Below, in pieces: positions 46,990-56,568 of a DNA stretch of 64,000 bases. The notes beneath the pieces are model-generated. The model did not search any database, had not been told where the DNA came from, and saw only the letters and a program-made list of their open reading frames with translations. Numbering within the stretch: position 1 is the first letter of the stretch; the number at the start of each line of letters is the position of its first letter. This stretch comes from a virus: positions 5,034-69,033 of the IMG/VR virus record IMGVR_UViG_3300035491_000322; one strand, written 5' to 3'. The position numbers and the translations under genes are program-made.

Positions 46990-48445
46990 TTTGCCCCCGG
47001 TCGTTGGCTGGGTCGGTGTCGGTGATAATCTGGTGGTTGCGGTTAAAGTCTTTGTCGGCCACCCGCTGGCGGCGGACCTCGTCGGGGTTGCGGCCCCGGG
47101 CGCGGATCCATTCGCTCTCGGAGGCGGCGCCGCCCCGGATCTGGTCGCGCCAGCCCTTGCTCTCCTTGGCCGGGTCAATCCACGGCATCACCGGCGCCAG
47201 GTAGAGGGCGTTGAACAGGCTGTTGCGGTCCACATCCTTCGGTAATTTGATGCCACCGGCGGCGATGTCCATGGCCAGCCAGTGGCGATACACCGGCCGC
47301 GACCACTGGGCGACAAAGGCGTCCTGCAGCACGGCAAAGCCTTCGAACTGCTCCACCAGCTCCTGGCGCTGGGCGCTGTAGGTGCCGTCGTAGTCGCGGG
47401 CAATGCTGGAGTAGCCGGAACGGGCGCCGGCGGCAGCGCTGCGCAGCTGGCCCTCGCGCCAGATGTTGAGCGCCACGTTGGGCCGGTTGCTCTGGATACT
47501 GCCTACCTCTTCGCCCTGGCGCAGATCGTCAAAGGTCATGCCCGGGGCGATGGGGAATTCCCGTGGCGCCTGGGGCTGGCTGCTGTCCGGCGGGCTGTAC
47601 ATGTCCGCCGTGCCCTTGCGGATGAAAAAGGCCAGGGCGGCGGAGATGCGGGCGGCGACGCGTTCGGACTCTTCCACATCCTTGAGGTCGGCCAGCCGGG
47701 TGATGATGCCGTGCAGCAGGCTGACTCCGCGCAGCTGATGCAGCCGCTTGACCAGGGCCAGATGGAGCATGCGCTCCGCCGGGATCTCCTTGGTTTTGTG
47801 GCGCATGCCGAGATCGCCGGGATGGTCGTACAGCACCTGGTAACCCAGGATGCGGCCCCAGGCGTTGAGCCGGCAGCCCTGGCGGATGTTGTTGCCCGGC
47901 TCGTTGAGCTCATAGGGCACAAAGTCGGGCTCCAGCAGTTCAATGGCGAAGGGGGTGGCGGTGGCGTACTGGTAGCCGGGTACCCGGCCCTGCAGCAGTT
48001 GGCCAAACACTTCGCCGTCGCGCAGCCAGGTGCGAGCCACCAGCCGCTCCATTTCCGGGCGGCTCATCCGGCCGGTGACTTCCGGCCTGAGCGACCATTC
48101 GGCCCAGCGCTCGCGGATGGTGGCGGCCAGCTCTTCGTGGATGTCGCCGCCGAGGGTCATCGGCTGGGGCTCTATCTGGATGCCGCGGGCGCCGACGATG
48201 CGCTCTTCCATCTTGTCGAGCAGGCCGATCACGATGTCGTGGTTTTCGTCCAGCCAGCGGGCCTGTTCGCGCAGGCTGCGGCCGGCGGCGAACACCGCCT
48301 GGTTGCCGTTGCGATGCTCCCGGGTCGCCTTGTGGGTGCGGCTGGGGTTGGCCGCCTCGTAGCCGTACAGCTCCAGCCGTTTGCGGGCCCGGGCCGCGCC
48401 CCAGGCGGGCGCCAGCTCGTTGATGAGGGTGTCGAGCCAGTTCAT
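46916..48445 (-). CDS. Lambda-family portal protein
   Basis: LREQARWLDEN, IELLEPD, HQLRGVS, PVMPWIDPAKE. Confidence 0.94.
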   Translation of the reverse strand: MNWLDTLINELAPAWGAARARKRLELYGYEAANPSRTHKATREHRNGNQAVFAAGRSLREQARWLDENHDIVIGLLDKMEERIVGARGIQIEPQPMTLGGDIHEELAATIRERWAEWSLRPEVTGRMSRPEMERLVARTWLRDGEVFGQLLQGRVPGYQYATATPFAIELLEPDFVPYELNEPGNNIRQGCRLNAWGRILGYQVLYDHPGDLGMRHKTKEIPAERMLHLALVKRLHQLRGVSLLHGIITRLADLKDVEESERVAARISAALAFFIRKGTADMYSPPDSSQPQAPREFPIAPGMTFDDLRQGEEVGSIQSNRPNVALNIWREGQLRSAAAGARSGYSSIARDYDGTYSAQRQELVEQFEGFAVLQDAFVAQWSRPVYRHWLAMDIAAGGIKLPKDVDRNSLFNALYLAPVMPWIDPAKESKGWRDQIRGGAASESEWIRARGRNPDEVRRQRVADKDFNRNHQIITDTDPANDRGQNEPSNPSSEPTDEPESGRRRRRQR

Positions 48446-48657
48446 CAGAATTTGGCCAGGCTGTACTGGGGCCGGGTGCGGGCGGTGGGGCTCAGGGCGG
48501 CCAGGCGCGACTCGACCTCATGGCGGCCCTTGCGGATTTCGCTCAGGTTTTCCCGGTTGATCTGCTTGTTGCCCCACATCACCCACTTGCCGGCCAGCAG
48601 GTCTTTTTCCGCCTGCACATAGCGCGCCAGCAGGTCTTGCAGTTCGCTTTTGGTCAT
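48445..48657 (-). CDS. Head-tail adaptor (gpW-like)
   Basis: LARYVQAEKDLLAGK..RENLSEIRKGR. Confidence 0.8.
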   Translation of the reverse strand: MTKSELQDLLARYVQAEKDLLAGKWVMWGNKQINRENLSEIRKGRHEVESRLAALSPTARTRPQYSLAKF

Positions 48658-50600
48658 AGCCATCCGCCTTTGTTGACGCCGCCCAGCCAGCCGCCGCCCG
48701 GTTTGGCCGGGGGCGCCGGGGTGGCGGCCTTGATGGGTTTGGGCGCCGGCTGTTGCTCGGGCCTGGGCTGGTTGAGGTTCCAGCCGAAATGCTGCTGGCC
48801 AATCCGGCACGCCGCCAGGGCGTACACGGCACAGTCGGTCGGCTCGTTGCGGGCGTGGCCCGGGTTGACCCAGCGGTACACCCGTTTGCCCTTGATGAAG
48901 TCGACTTTTTTCACCTCGCAGCTGAGTCCCTTGAAGTAGTCGTCATCGGCCCAGTCGGAGATGGGGTGATGGCGATAGCCCGGGTTGGGCTGTTCCAGGC
49001 CCACCGGCAACTGGGTCAGGCGGCCATAAAGCACGTCCTTGGCGTTGTCGGTCCCCACTTCCGTCAGGTAGACCCCCTTGCGGGTCCGCTTGCGCGGGAA
49101 GTTGGCGATCGGCTTGCCGTAGACGCTGGCCCCCTTGATGGGGATCCACTGCATGGGCCGCTGCTTGCAGAAGCTGTACACCTCGTCGGTGTAGTGGCCG
49201 CCCGAGTCGATGCAGGCCAGTTTGATGTCCATTGGCTGACCGTCGGCGCGGAGGAACTGGCGGGTGAGCAGCTCGCGCAGCTTGTCCCACAGTTCCTGCT
49301 TGCCCGGGTCGCCATAGAGCCGGAAATAGTGCAGCACCCAGGATTCCTCGCCGCTGCCCCAGCCGGTCATTTCCCCTTCGATGCGGTCATCCTGAACGTC
49401 GATGCCGGCGCTGACGTAGAGCACCGGCAGGGGGGCTTCGGCCGGGTAGAGCTCGCGCCGGCCGGCGATGGCTTCCCACTCCAGCTTGGTGCCTTCGGTG
49501 TCGTCGAAGGTTTCGCCCAGGGTGGTGTTGATAAAGGTCTTGAGCTTGCCCCTGTCGTCCTTGGCCTTGAAGAAGTCCTTCACCACCTGCTCCCAGGTGG
49601 TGAAGGGGCTGTAGGCGGTCCAGATGTGGAAGGTCAGGCTGTCCGGGGTGGCGCAGGGCGTGCCGGTGGCGTCGAACCAGTCGATGCCGTTTTGGGTGTT
49701 GAGGCCGGTGTGGTCGCAAATCCAGCGGCCCGGGCCCTGGTCCAGCTCGCTCTGCTCGATGGCGCAGCCGTTGTGCTCGCAGCAGTAGTAGGCCGTGCCG
49801 GGCTGGCCCTTTTGCCATTTGATGCCAAAGTCGCAGTCCGGGCCGCCCCACTTCAGGTGCTGCAGTTCACCGCAGTGCGGGCACGGCACATGGAACCGCA
49901 GGAAGTGAGGCGACTCGCCGGCCGCCCGCTCTATCTGACACTGGCCGGCAATTTTGGGGGTGGAGCCGCGGATCGACTTGGGGAAGGTCGAGCCTTCGAT
50001 GCGCTTGTCGCCGAGGAAGGTCGGGCTGCCTTCTTTTTCGATATCTTCGTCGAAGGAAGCCAGTTCGTCGTAGACGATGAAGTCGAACGATTTTTCCCGG
50101 AAATTGCGGGCCGCCTTTCCGCCCAGGATCTCCAGCCCGTTGCCGTTGGCGAAGCGCTTCATGCTGAGGGTGTTGTCCCGGTGGCGCTTGCCATACCAGG
50201 GGGCCAGCGCCAGCAGTGGCGGCACGTCGCGGATCATGGGCTCGACGTGCTTTTTCATAAAGGCGTCGGCATCGGAGTCGGTGGGCTGGTAGATGCCGCC
50301 GTTGCGCCGCTTGTGTTCGAGGAAGTAGGCGGTGACCCCGAGCAGCATTTTGGTGTAGCCGACCCGGGCGCTTTTGATGAAGTTCACTTCCCGGATATCG
50401 TCGTTGCCCATGGCGTTGACGATGGCCACCTGGAACGGCAGCGTCTCCCACTGGCCCTCCTGATAGGAGGACTCCTTCGACATGTAGTAGTTTTCGTCGA
50501 GCCACTCTACCGGGGTGAGCGGCTCGGGTTTGTAGAGCGCGCTGAGCCCGAGCGCGACCGCACGGCGCAGCGATTCAAGTTGTGCGGTCGAGATAGTCAT
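48654..50600 (-). CDS. Terminase large subunit (lambda gpA family)
   Basis: KSARVGYTK, YDELASF, GSTPK, VPCPHCG, GIDVQDDR, RNEPTDCAVYA. Confidence 0.96.
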   Translation of the reverse strand: MTISTAQLESLRRAVALGLSALYKPEPLTPVEWLDENYYMSKESSYQEGQWETLPFQVAIVNAMGNDDIREVNFIKSARVGYTKMLLGVTAYFLEHKRRNGGIYQPTDSDADAFMKKHVEPMIRDVPPLLALAPWYGKRHRDNTLSMKRFANGNGLEILGGKAARNFREKSFDFIVYDELASFDEDIEKEGSPTFLGDKRIEGSTFPKSIRGSTPKIAGQCQIERAAGESPHFLRFHVPCPHCGELQHLKWGGPDCDFGIKWQKGQPGTAYYCCEHNGCAIEQSELDQGPGRWICDHTGLNTQNGIDWFDATGTPCATPDSLTFHIWTAYSPFTTWEQVVKDFFKAKDDRGKLKTFINTTLGETFDDTEGTKLEWEAIAGRRELYPAEAPLPVLYVSAGIDVQDDRIEGEMTGWGSGEESWVLHYFRLYGDPGKQELWDKLRELLTRQFLRADGQPMDIKLACIDSGGHYTDEVYSFCKQRPMQWIPIKGASVYGKPIANFPRKRTRKGVYLTEVGTDNAKDVLYGRLTQLPVGLEQPNPGYRHHPISDWADDDYFKGLSCEVKKVDFIKGKRVYRWVNPGHARNEPTDCAVYALAACRIGQQHFGWNLNQPRPEQQPAPKPIKAATPAPPAKPGGGWLGGVNKGGWL

Positions 50601-51117
50601 CGAGTAACTCCGGGATCATGGCGTCCAGCCCGGCGGCTATGTTCCGGGCCTTGGCAATCTCCCTGGTGAGATACTCGATGTGTTTGGTCTGCAGCTCCGG
50701 GAATCGCCGCCGAACGCTGAGCGGTAGGGTGTCGAGTTTGCTGGCCACCTCGGCCGCGATGCGGGTCAGGGCAAAGGCCGCGAATTCGGTTTCCACCACG
50801 TTGCGCTTGGCCTTTTCGTTATCCAGCTCCTGGGCGTCGGCGCGGGCCTTTGTCAGCCGCCAGTTCTGAAACTCCAGATCGTGCTCGCTGAGGTCTTTGG
50901 GCTCGTCAGGTTGGTGTTTGGCCCGCTCCCGCTCCAGTCGGTTCTCCAGCACTTGGCGGACGTCGAAATACACCGAGGTGCCGATCTTGGCGATCGGCTT
51001 CACGCCCCATTTGTCAAAGGCCTGCACGCTGATCCCGAGGCTCGCCGCCATCTGCACCTTGTTCAGCCAGTGCGGCTCCGGCTGCGGCTTATCCGATGAT
51101 GCGGGTCTCTTAGCCAT
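50575..51117 (-). CDS. Terminase small subunit (Nu1-like)
   Basis: wHTH LNKVQMAASLGISVQAFDKW; RLTKARADAQELDNEK. Confidence 0.9.
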   Translation of the reverse strand: MAKRPASSDKPQPEPHWLNKVQMAASLGISVQAFDKWGVKPIAKIGTSVYFDVRQVLENRLERERAKHQPDEPKDLSEHDLEFQNWRLTKARADAQELDNEKAKRNVVETEFAAFALTRIAAEVASKLDTLPLSVRRRFPELQTKHIEYLTREIAKARNIAAGLDAMIPELLDDYLDRTT

Positions 51118-51146
51118 AAACAACAACCAACCCCCATGGAAACCTC

Positions 51147-51207
51147 ACGAATAGCGAAAATCCGCGCCTCCACGACCCCGTAATGGGGCTACCCCCCGGG
51201 AGTACCT
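51147..51207 (-). other. Lambda-like cos site (cosQ-like, cosN, start of cosB)
   Basis: Minus strand TTACG^GGGTCGTGGAGG^CGCGGATTTTCGCTATT versus lambda TTACG^GGGCGGCGACCT^CGCGGGTTTTCGCTATT; AGGTACT 22 nt upstream. Confidence 0.8.
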
Positions 51208-51803
51208 TTTGAATTTTGATTTTGGTTCGAACGAATCCAATTGAAGCCGCCACCCAGGTCAGGCGCCGGCCGTTCCGCCAGTTGCTCTATCTTGCGTTGC
51301 TTGTCAGCACTGCCCCGTGAGCTACCCAGCCAATAGGTCACGGCAGCCAGGAACGCGGTGACGATCTGCCCAGCCAAGTAGAACACCACATCCTGCGAGC
51401 CGGTCGGTACGTTCACCCATAGCAGAGCCATGGTGAGGGCGGTGACCATGGCGGCCAGTGCCAGGGTAAGCCGAGCCGGTACCGGGTTGGCCTGGTGCTG
51501 GCTGCGGGCATGCTGTACATCGGCCAGGTGGATACGCTCACGCTCGATGTCCAGTTCTTGCAGCCGGATGTTGGCCTGGCGGATCTGCTCCCGCTCCCGG
51601 TGGGCCCACTCCTGCAGGCGCAGGGCGGCATCCGGGTTGTTACGCAGCTCTGCCGCCACTGCCTCGGGTGTGGTGTCGGTACCCAGTGCGCCGGCAATCT
51701 GGCTGCCAATGCTGACCGCCATTCCCGCCGGGCCACCAAGTAACGGGGCCAAGGCACCGGCCACACGGCCAACCGTGCCGGCTATCTCACGCCATTCCAT
51801 CAC
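51189..51803 (-). CDS. Lysis-cassette membrane protein ('3TM holin'-like), homologue of 13920-14525
   Basis: Shares VVFYLAGQIVTAFLAAVTYWLGSSRGSA exactly. Confidence 0.75.
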   Translation of the reverse strand: MMEWREIAGTVGRVAGALAPLLGGPAGMAVSIGSQIAGALGTDTTPEAVAAELRNNPDAALRLQEWAHREREQIRQANIRLQELDIERERIHLADVQHARSQHQANPVPARLTLALAAMVTALTMALLWVNVPTGSQDVVFYLAGQIVTAFLAAVTYWLGSSRGSADKQRKIEQLAERPAPDLGGGFNWIRSNQNQNSKGTPGG

Positions 51804-51809
51804 TACCCC

Positions 51810-52481
51810 CTAACCGAAGTTCACCGGCAGCAGCCCGGCGTTGAGCTTGGCTTCTATCTTGGCCACCGCCTCGCCCCGGGTGATCACGCCATCACGGTTG
51901 GCATCGAGCCCGCTGTTCTGGCGGTAGGTGGTGGGCCTGTGGTTGCGGTCCCACATTACCCAGTTGCTCGCCTGGCCAATGCCGGCCGGCCAGAGAATGG
52001 CCATGTACACATCGCCCAGGTTTTGCAAGCGGCCCCGGTAGGGCTTGAAGTAGCGGTATACATAGTTGATCTGGTCTTCTGCACTCATCCTGGCCAGGGC
52101 ATCGGTACTGGTGCCCAATGCCCGTGCCGTGTCCGGCATAAACTGAATCAACCCAGTGGCGCCGCTGCCGGCCGCGTTGCGCACATCGGCACGGAAGGTC
52201 TCGCCGCTCTCGAAGGCGATGCAGGCCATCAGCCAATCCGCACTGGTACCCAGGGCGTCGGCGGTCCAGCGGATCCGGTCGCGGAAAACCTGGCTCACCC
52301 GCTTGCCCCAGGCCATGCCCTGCCCGGATGGTTGCTCGCTCACCTGGACCTCATTGCGGGCCCGGGCCGCCTCCAGCAGTGCCAGGTATCCCGTTTCGCT
52401 GAGGCTGCCCCAGACACCATCAACAATGCCGTCGTACAGGCCCAGGGATTTCATATCCTGTTGCAGGCGGGAGACTTGCAT
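51810..52481 (-). CDS. Endolysin: short PG-binding domain + lytic transglycosylase (SLT-like)
   Basis: GLYDGIVDGVWG; LMACIAFESGETF, GATGLIQFMPDTA. Confidence 0.88.
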   Translation of the reverse strand: MQVSRLQQDMKSLGLYDGIVDGVWGSLSETGYLALLEAARARNEVQVSEQPSGQGMAWGKRVSQVFRDRIRWTADALGTSADWLMACIAFESGETFRADVRNAAGSGATGLIQFMPDTARALGTSTDALARMSAEDQINYVYRYFKPYRGRLQNLGDVYMAILWPAGIGQASNWVMWDRNHRPTTYRQNSGLDANRDGVITRGEAVAKIEAKLNAGLLPVNFG

Positions 52482-52483
52482 GG

Positions 52484-52717
52484 TCAATCCCTCCACTTCA
52501 CGGCACGGAGCAGGCCGAACGCCGCCCCCACCGTACCCACGGCCAGACCGGCCAGGGTGGTGATATCGGAACCGTACAGGGTGAAGTTGCCCGCCATAAT
52601 CTCGGAAAGCGGCGAGCTGAGCAGGCTGGCATGGGATTGCGCGGATTCGTAGGCGGACTTGCCCACCACGGCGGTGCTGGAGAGCATGGTCACCAGCAGG
52701 GTCACTTTGTCTGACAC
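52484..52717 (-). CDS. Small membrane protein, probable holin
   Basis: 77 aa, two hydrophobic segments, basic C-terminus, first gene after pR'. Confidence 0.6.
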   Translation of the reverse strand: MSDKVTLLVTMLSSTAVVGKSAYESAQSHASLLSSPLSEIMAGNFTLYGSDITTLAGLAVGTVGAAFGLLRAVKWRD

Positions 52718-52733
52718 CAGGCCTCCAGAAACG

Positions 52734-52757
52734 CAAAAACCCCGCCGGAGCAGGGTT
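52734..52757 (-). terminator. Second late-leader hairpin/terminator
   Basis: Minus strand AACCCTGCTCCGGCGGGGTTTTT. Confidence 0.6.
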
Positions 52758-52758
52758 C

Positions 52759-52794
52759 AAATAGAAAGGGGGAATGCGCTAAGCGCACTCCCCC
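52759..52794 (-). terminator. tR'-like terminator
   Basis: Minus strand GGGGGAGTGCGC-TTA-GCGCATTCCCCC-TTTCTATTT. Confidence 0.8.
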
Positions 52795-52806
52795 ACCATG
52801 GATTCA

Positions 52807-52834
52807 ATTCTGGTCAAAATTTCCCAGATGTCAA
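52807..52834 (-). promoter_or_regulatory. pR'-like late promoter
   Basis: Minus strand TTGACA-16-CAGAAT just ahead of the tR'-like hairpin. Confidence 0.6.
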
Positions 52835-52869
52835 GACCGCTTTCCTTGCTAACTGAGCTTGCCCACTTG

Positions 52870-53304
52870 TCACGCCTCTTTTACCGGGTCTTTTTCTCTA
52901 TTCACAATGTGAGCTTTTTTAAGAGAGGTGGCAGCTGCCTCAACTTCGGCGTTCATGTCACTGTCAAATACCTCACCCAGTTCACTTTGAACTGCATTAA
53001 CGACCAGCTGGTTTAGGCTGACACCAGACGCTGCCGCGGCGGCTACAGCCAGGCGATGTAGTTCGCTTGAAGCTCTAACTTGGAATTTTCCAGAGAAGGC
53101 GCGGAATGGGCTGATACCCTTTTCCGCGCATGTCTCCATAAACACGCGAAGTGAGATTTCACCTTCACGACGCAGGCCATCCACGCTGTCAGCGTAAAAA
53201 TCAGCACTACCATTGAGGCCAACGAACTCACCACGAAATAACTCAATCTCGGGGTCATACTGGACTACTGCTCGTTGACCACTTATAACCATCATGTTTT
53301 TCAT
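52870..53304 (-). CDS. hicB: HicB-family antitoxin (second type)
   Basis: VVQYDPEIELFRGEFVGLNGSADFYA..FSGKFQVRASSELHRLA. Confidence 0.9.
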   Translation of the reverse strand: MKNMMVISGQRAVVQYDPEIELFRGEFVGLNGSADFYADSVDGLRREGEISLRVFMETCAEKGISPFRAFSGKFQVRASSELHRLAVAAAAASGVSLNQLVVNAVQSELGEVFDSDMNAEVEAAATSLKKAHIVNREKDPVKEA

Positions 53305-53555
53305 GGCGCTACTCCGTTTTCTTCGAACCAACTTCGGATCGAGGCGACTGCTCCCTTGTCAGTCTCAGGGCTTGGGTGCGGACGATGAAAAACGCGCACT
53401 TGGCCAAACAGTATGACCGCAACCCTCGACCCCTCTCGCTCCTCGATTTCAGCCCCCAACTCCTCAAATAAGGCTTGGATATCTCTCCAGTGTATGGTTC
53501 CTGACACGGGCCTTCGGAATATTGCCGCGAGGGTCTTGATGTGCTTTGTCTTCAT
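53301..53555 (-). CDS. hicA: HicA-family toxin (second type)
   Basis: TLAAIFRRP..IHWRDIQALF..EREGSRV..FHRPHPSPETDKGAV. Confidence 0.9.
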   Translation of the reverse strand: MKTKHIKTLAAIFRRPVSGTIHWRDIQALFEELGAEIEEREGSRVAVILFGQVRVFHRPHPSPETDKGAVASIRSWFEENGVAP

Positions 53556-53571
53556 CAGATTACACCCACAG

Positions 53572-53596
53572 TATAGTGTCACTTTATGATACTATA
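53572..53596. promoter_or_regulatory. HicB operator-like palindrome
   Basis: TATAGTGTCA-CTTTA-TGATACTATA. Confidence 0.7.
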
Positions 53597-53672
53597 CATC
53601 TGATGGTGATGAAATTTTATCAACTGCTTTTTGATGCTTTGGGTTGAGTATAGGAATAAGGGCTGATCGCCA

Positions 53673-54284
53673 TCACCCCCTCACCCCGTAGTAACACCGC
53701 TCGGCTTCGGCCTCGTGCTGGTAGCACCAGGCCACCATGTTCTTGTGCATGGGCTCCCAGTGCCGCAGGTAGGCCTTGTAATCCAGCTCCACGATCTTGG
53801 AAATGCCGCGCCAGCGGGTGGCGGCGGTGATGGGCTTAAGGCCGGTGCCGCCGCAGCGTGGGCAGACCTTGTCCACCGGCTTGCTGTGGGCCCGGCTCAG
53901 CTGCATGTCACGCACCATGCCGGATCCGCCACAACGGCAGCGCGCACCCGGGGTGCTGGGCGTGCGCAGGTACTCCGCCAGGGCCATATCCGCCAGCTGG
54001 CGCACTGCAACCCCCGTTCTTCGGTTGCGCTCCATCCGGATGCCCCGCGCCAGCCGGGCCGCCTCCTGGTGCATGGCGGTTTTTACCGGGCCCAGAAACG
54101 CCGGCTCGTCGGTATACCGGGCGTACATCAGCGCCAGCCCCAGCGGCTGCTGGCGCTGCACCCAGCCCAGCACGGTGAGGATATCCGCCCGGGTCAGCTG
54201 GCTGCGCGACGTGTCGGCGGCCTGCACCTCGGCGGCCATCACCGAGCGGGGTTGATGTAGTGTAAGAGCATATTCCAAGCGCAT
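53673..54284 (-). CDS. Late antiterminator Q-like protein
   Basis: Zn motif CRCGGSG..CPRCGGTG; position upstream of pR'. Confidence 0.8.
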   Translation of the reverse strand: MRLEYALTLHQPRSVMAAEVQAADTSRSQLTRADILTVLGWVQRQQPLGLALMYARYTDEPAFLGPVKTAMHQEAARLARGIRMERNRRTGVAVRQLADMALAEYLRTPSTPGARCRCGGSGMVRDMQLSRAHSKPVDKVCPRCGGTGLKPITAATRWRGISKIVELDYKAYLRHWEPMHKNMVAWCYQHEAEAERCYYGVRG

Positions 54285-54292
54285 GTTTCCCC

Positions 54293-54628
54293 CTAAAATT
54301 CCTCGGTGGTCCAGCCCACCTTCGCCTTCTGCACCGCCACGAACCTGAACATCCAGTGCTGCTCTGCGGCCACTTTAATCTTTACCCGGGCATCGTCTTC
54401 CCAGAAGCCCTTCACCTCGTGCAACTCCACCATCCCCCTGCGGATCACCAGAAAATCGGGGGTGTAAAACGTCTTGTTGGCCAACCTCAGCTTCACCGGC
54501 TCGAAGGCGTAATGCTCAATCTCGCCGGCCATCAGCAGCGTTTTCAGGTGCTGGCCATAGGCCTGCTCGGTCTTGTTCATACTGCCGGGCACCTGTTTGG
54601 GCCTGGCGCGGGCCTTGAATTGCCTCAT
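54293..54628 (-). CDS. Small PD-(D/E)xK nuclease (DUF1064-like)
   Basis: MNKTEQAY, YTPDFLV, HEVKGFW. Confidence 0.8.
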   Translation of the reverse strand: MRQFKARARPKQVPGSMNKTEQAYGQHLKTLLMAGEIEHYAFEPVKLRLANKTFYTPDFLVIRRGMVELHEVKGFWEDDARVKIKVAAEQHWMFRFVAVQKAKVGWTTEEF

Positions 54629-55623
54629 CCAATCACCCCCAACTCCAGCGCCCGGCGCTGGGTATGGATCACATGCTCCCACTGGCTGCCGTGCTCGTGC
54701 TCCCAGCGCTGCCAGCCATGGCTGTGCAACCGCTGGTGCTCCGCATGACACAGGGGAAACGCGAACAAATCGTGGGCCTTAATCGCCATGCCGCTTTCGC
54801 CATGGCCGATCACATGGTGCGCTTCCACCGCCTCGGTCACGCCGGTCGCCACACAAGGCTGAGTGCGCACCCAGGCCAGATAAGCCTCGTTGTGCCAGCG
54901 CCGGGGCTTGGGCCGCAACATGTGCACGCTGGCCGGCTCCGGGTCCACCTCAAACCGGATGGGCTTAACCATTTCGCGGAGATCCGCAATATGGTCCCGC
55001 TGGGTAAAGCGGGCGTCCGTTTCCCGAAAGCCCAGCCCGGTATCCCGGGCATCATCCTGCCACCGGCGGTTCAGCCCGTGCGCCAGCACCACCGCCGGCA
55101 GCATCTCGCCCAGCCGATGGCTCACCGCCCACCAGCACAGCTCCGCCACCGAGGCCCCGCCCTCACGCCCGCTCCAGGCCGCCACCCGCGCCAGCCCAAA
55201 CTGCAACAGCTGGCGCCGGGCCAGATCATCCAGCGCCGGCAGCTCCCCGGCCCGGTGCGCATTGTCGTGATGCCAGCACAGCGGCAGCGGAAACACCCCC
55301 TGGCTCATCACCCGCTCGCCGGTACACCCCTCACCCACCACGCAGCCCAGGCCCTGCTGCCAGTCCCACATCGCCACCAGGCCCCCCAGGGCGGCAAACA
55401 CCGCCGGCCGCCCAAAAAATCCGGTCAGCGCCGGCACCAACCGCGCCGGGATCGCGCCTTTGCGCCGCTCATGCAGCCCTGCCGGCAGAGTGCCGGGGCT
55501 TAACTGCGCCAGCGCTCCCCGGCAGGCCTCCCGCATCGCCGCAACACTGCGGCCGTCCGTCTGCAGCACAATCAGCCCCATCGCCTCCACGAACTCCGCC
55601 CTTGCCACCAACGCCTGTGTCAC
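54625..55623 (-). CDS. DUF968-like nin-region protein
   Basis: YLAWVRTQPC, AHHVIGHG, HDLFAFPLCHAEHQRLH. Confidence 0.85.
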   Translation of the reverse strand: MTQALVARAEFVEAMGLIVLQTDGRSVAAMREACRGALAQLSPGTLPAGLHERRKGAIPARLVPALTGFFGRPAVFAALGGLVAMWDWQQGLGCVVGEGCTGERVMSQGVFPLPLCWHHDNAHRAGELPALDDLARRQLLQFGLARVAAWSGREGGASVAELCWWAVSHRLGEMLPAVVLAHGLNRRWQDDARDTGLGFRETDARFTQRDHIADLREMVKPIRFEVDPEPASVHMLRPKPRRWHNEAYLAWVRTQPCVATGVTEAVEAHHVIGHGESGMAIKAHDLFAFPLCHAEHQRLHSHGWQRWEHEHGSQWEHVIHTQRRALELGVIG

Positions 55624-55853
55624 AGTTTCTCCCCCCGCCTGACCCGTGCCCGGTGATAGTCAATCCACTTCACCAGATGCTCTTTGATATCGTCGTCGGC
55701 CCGGCTCACCGCCTCGGCCACATCGTGCTTGTTGGCCTTGCCGTCGCGCCAGCGCCTCACCAGCTCCAGCGCCGTAAAATAGGTGCCGTTAATGCGCTCC
55801 TGCTGCTCGGTCATGCCGAGCAGTTCAATCCGCGCCGGTGACCGTTGTTGCAT
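55620..55853 (-). CDS. Hypothetical phage protein
   Basis: ATGA-coupled, 77 aa. Confidence 0.55.
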   Translation of the reverse strand: MQQRSPARIELLGMTEQQERINGTYFTALELVRRWRDGKANKHDVAEAVSRADDDIKEHLVKWIDYHRARVRRGEKL

Positions 55854-56568
55854 AACGTTGCGCCAGCCAGTCCACCCCCTTGGGCGTGACCTTGGTTTGC
55901 ATCCAGGAATGCCCGTTCGCCTCGCCGGTCTTCAGCGCAAACAGCCCCCGATCCAGATACTCCTGCCTCGGCACCAGGGCCCCGCCAGAGCGGTAGAGGA
56001 TCTTGTCTTCCTCCAGCAGCCGCGAGAACTTGATCGGCCCGTAACGCAGCATCTTGGCCACGTTGCTCAGGTTCTGCAGGCCACGCGCCTCCACATAGCG
56101 ATCCACAAAGGCCGCCTTGGGTGCCGCCTGGGCCAGTGCGGCCCGGGCCTGCTCCAGTTGCGCCGACTTTTCCTTGATCACCGAGTCCGCCACCTGCAAC
56201 GCCCTGGCCATCAGCAGGGCCGGATCCGCTTCCTGCTCCTGCCCGGCCACATAACCGCCATGCTGGCGGATGCTCGGCAACACCGTGCCCACCACCCACT
56301 CCTCGAACCGCTCCGCACTGGGCAACTTGGAACGCATGATCAGGCGGTACAGGTCGCGCTCCGGAATCACCGTCATGCTCTGATTGCCGCCCGGCGTAAG
56401 GACGCCCTGAATCAAGGCCCCCTTGCAATGCTCCGCAATGGCGTTGCGTGGCTTGGCGTAGCCCAGCGCCTGGGCCACATCCTTGGCCACAAACCACGGC
56501 TGCCCATCCCGCTCCGTCACCCGAATGGGCAGGGTGTCAAAATCAAACTGCAGCAGTTCAGTGCTCAT
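55825..56568 (-). CDS. Antirepressor: BRO-N + KilAC domains
   Basis: PWFVAKDVAQALGY..IPERDLYRLIMRS; APKAAFVDRYV..QTKVTPKG. Confidence 0.92.
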   Translation of the reverse strand: MSTELLQFDFDTLPIRVTERDGQPWFVAKDVAQALGYAKPRNAIAEHCKGALIQGVLTPGGNQSMTVIPERDLYRLIMRSKLPSAERFEEWVVGTVLPSIRQHGGYVAGQEQEADPALLMARALQVADSVIKEKSAQLEQARAALAQAAPKAAFVDRYVEARGLQNLSNVAKMLRYGPIKFSRLLEEDKILYRSGGALVPRQEYLDRGLFALKTGEANGHSWMQTKVTPKGVDWLAQRYATTVTGAD

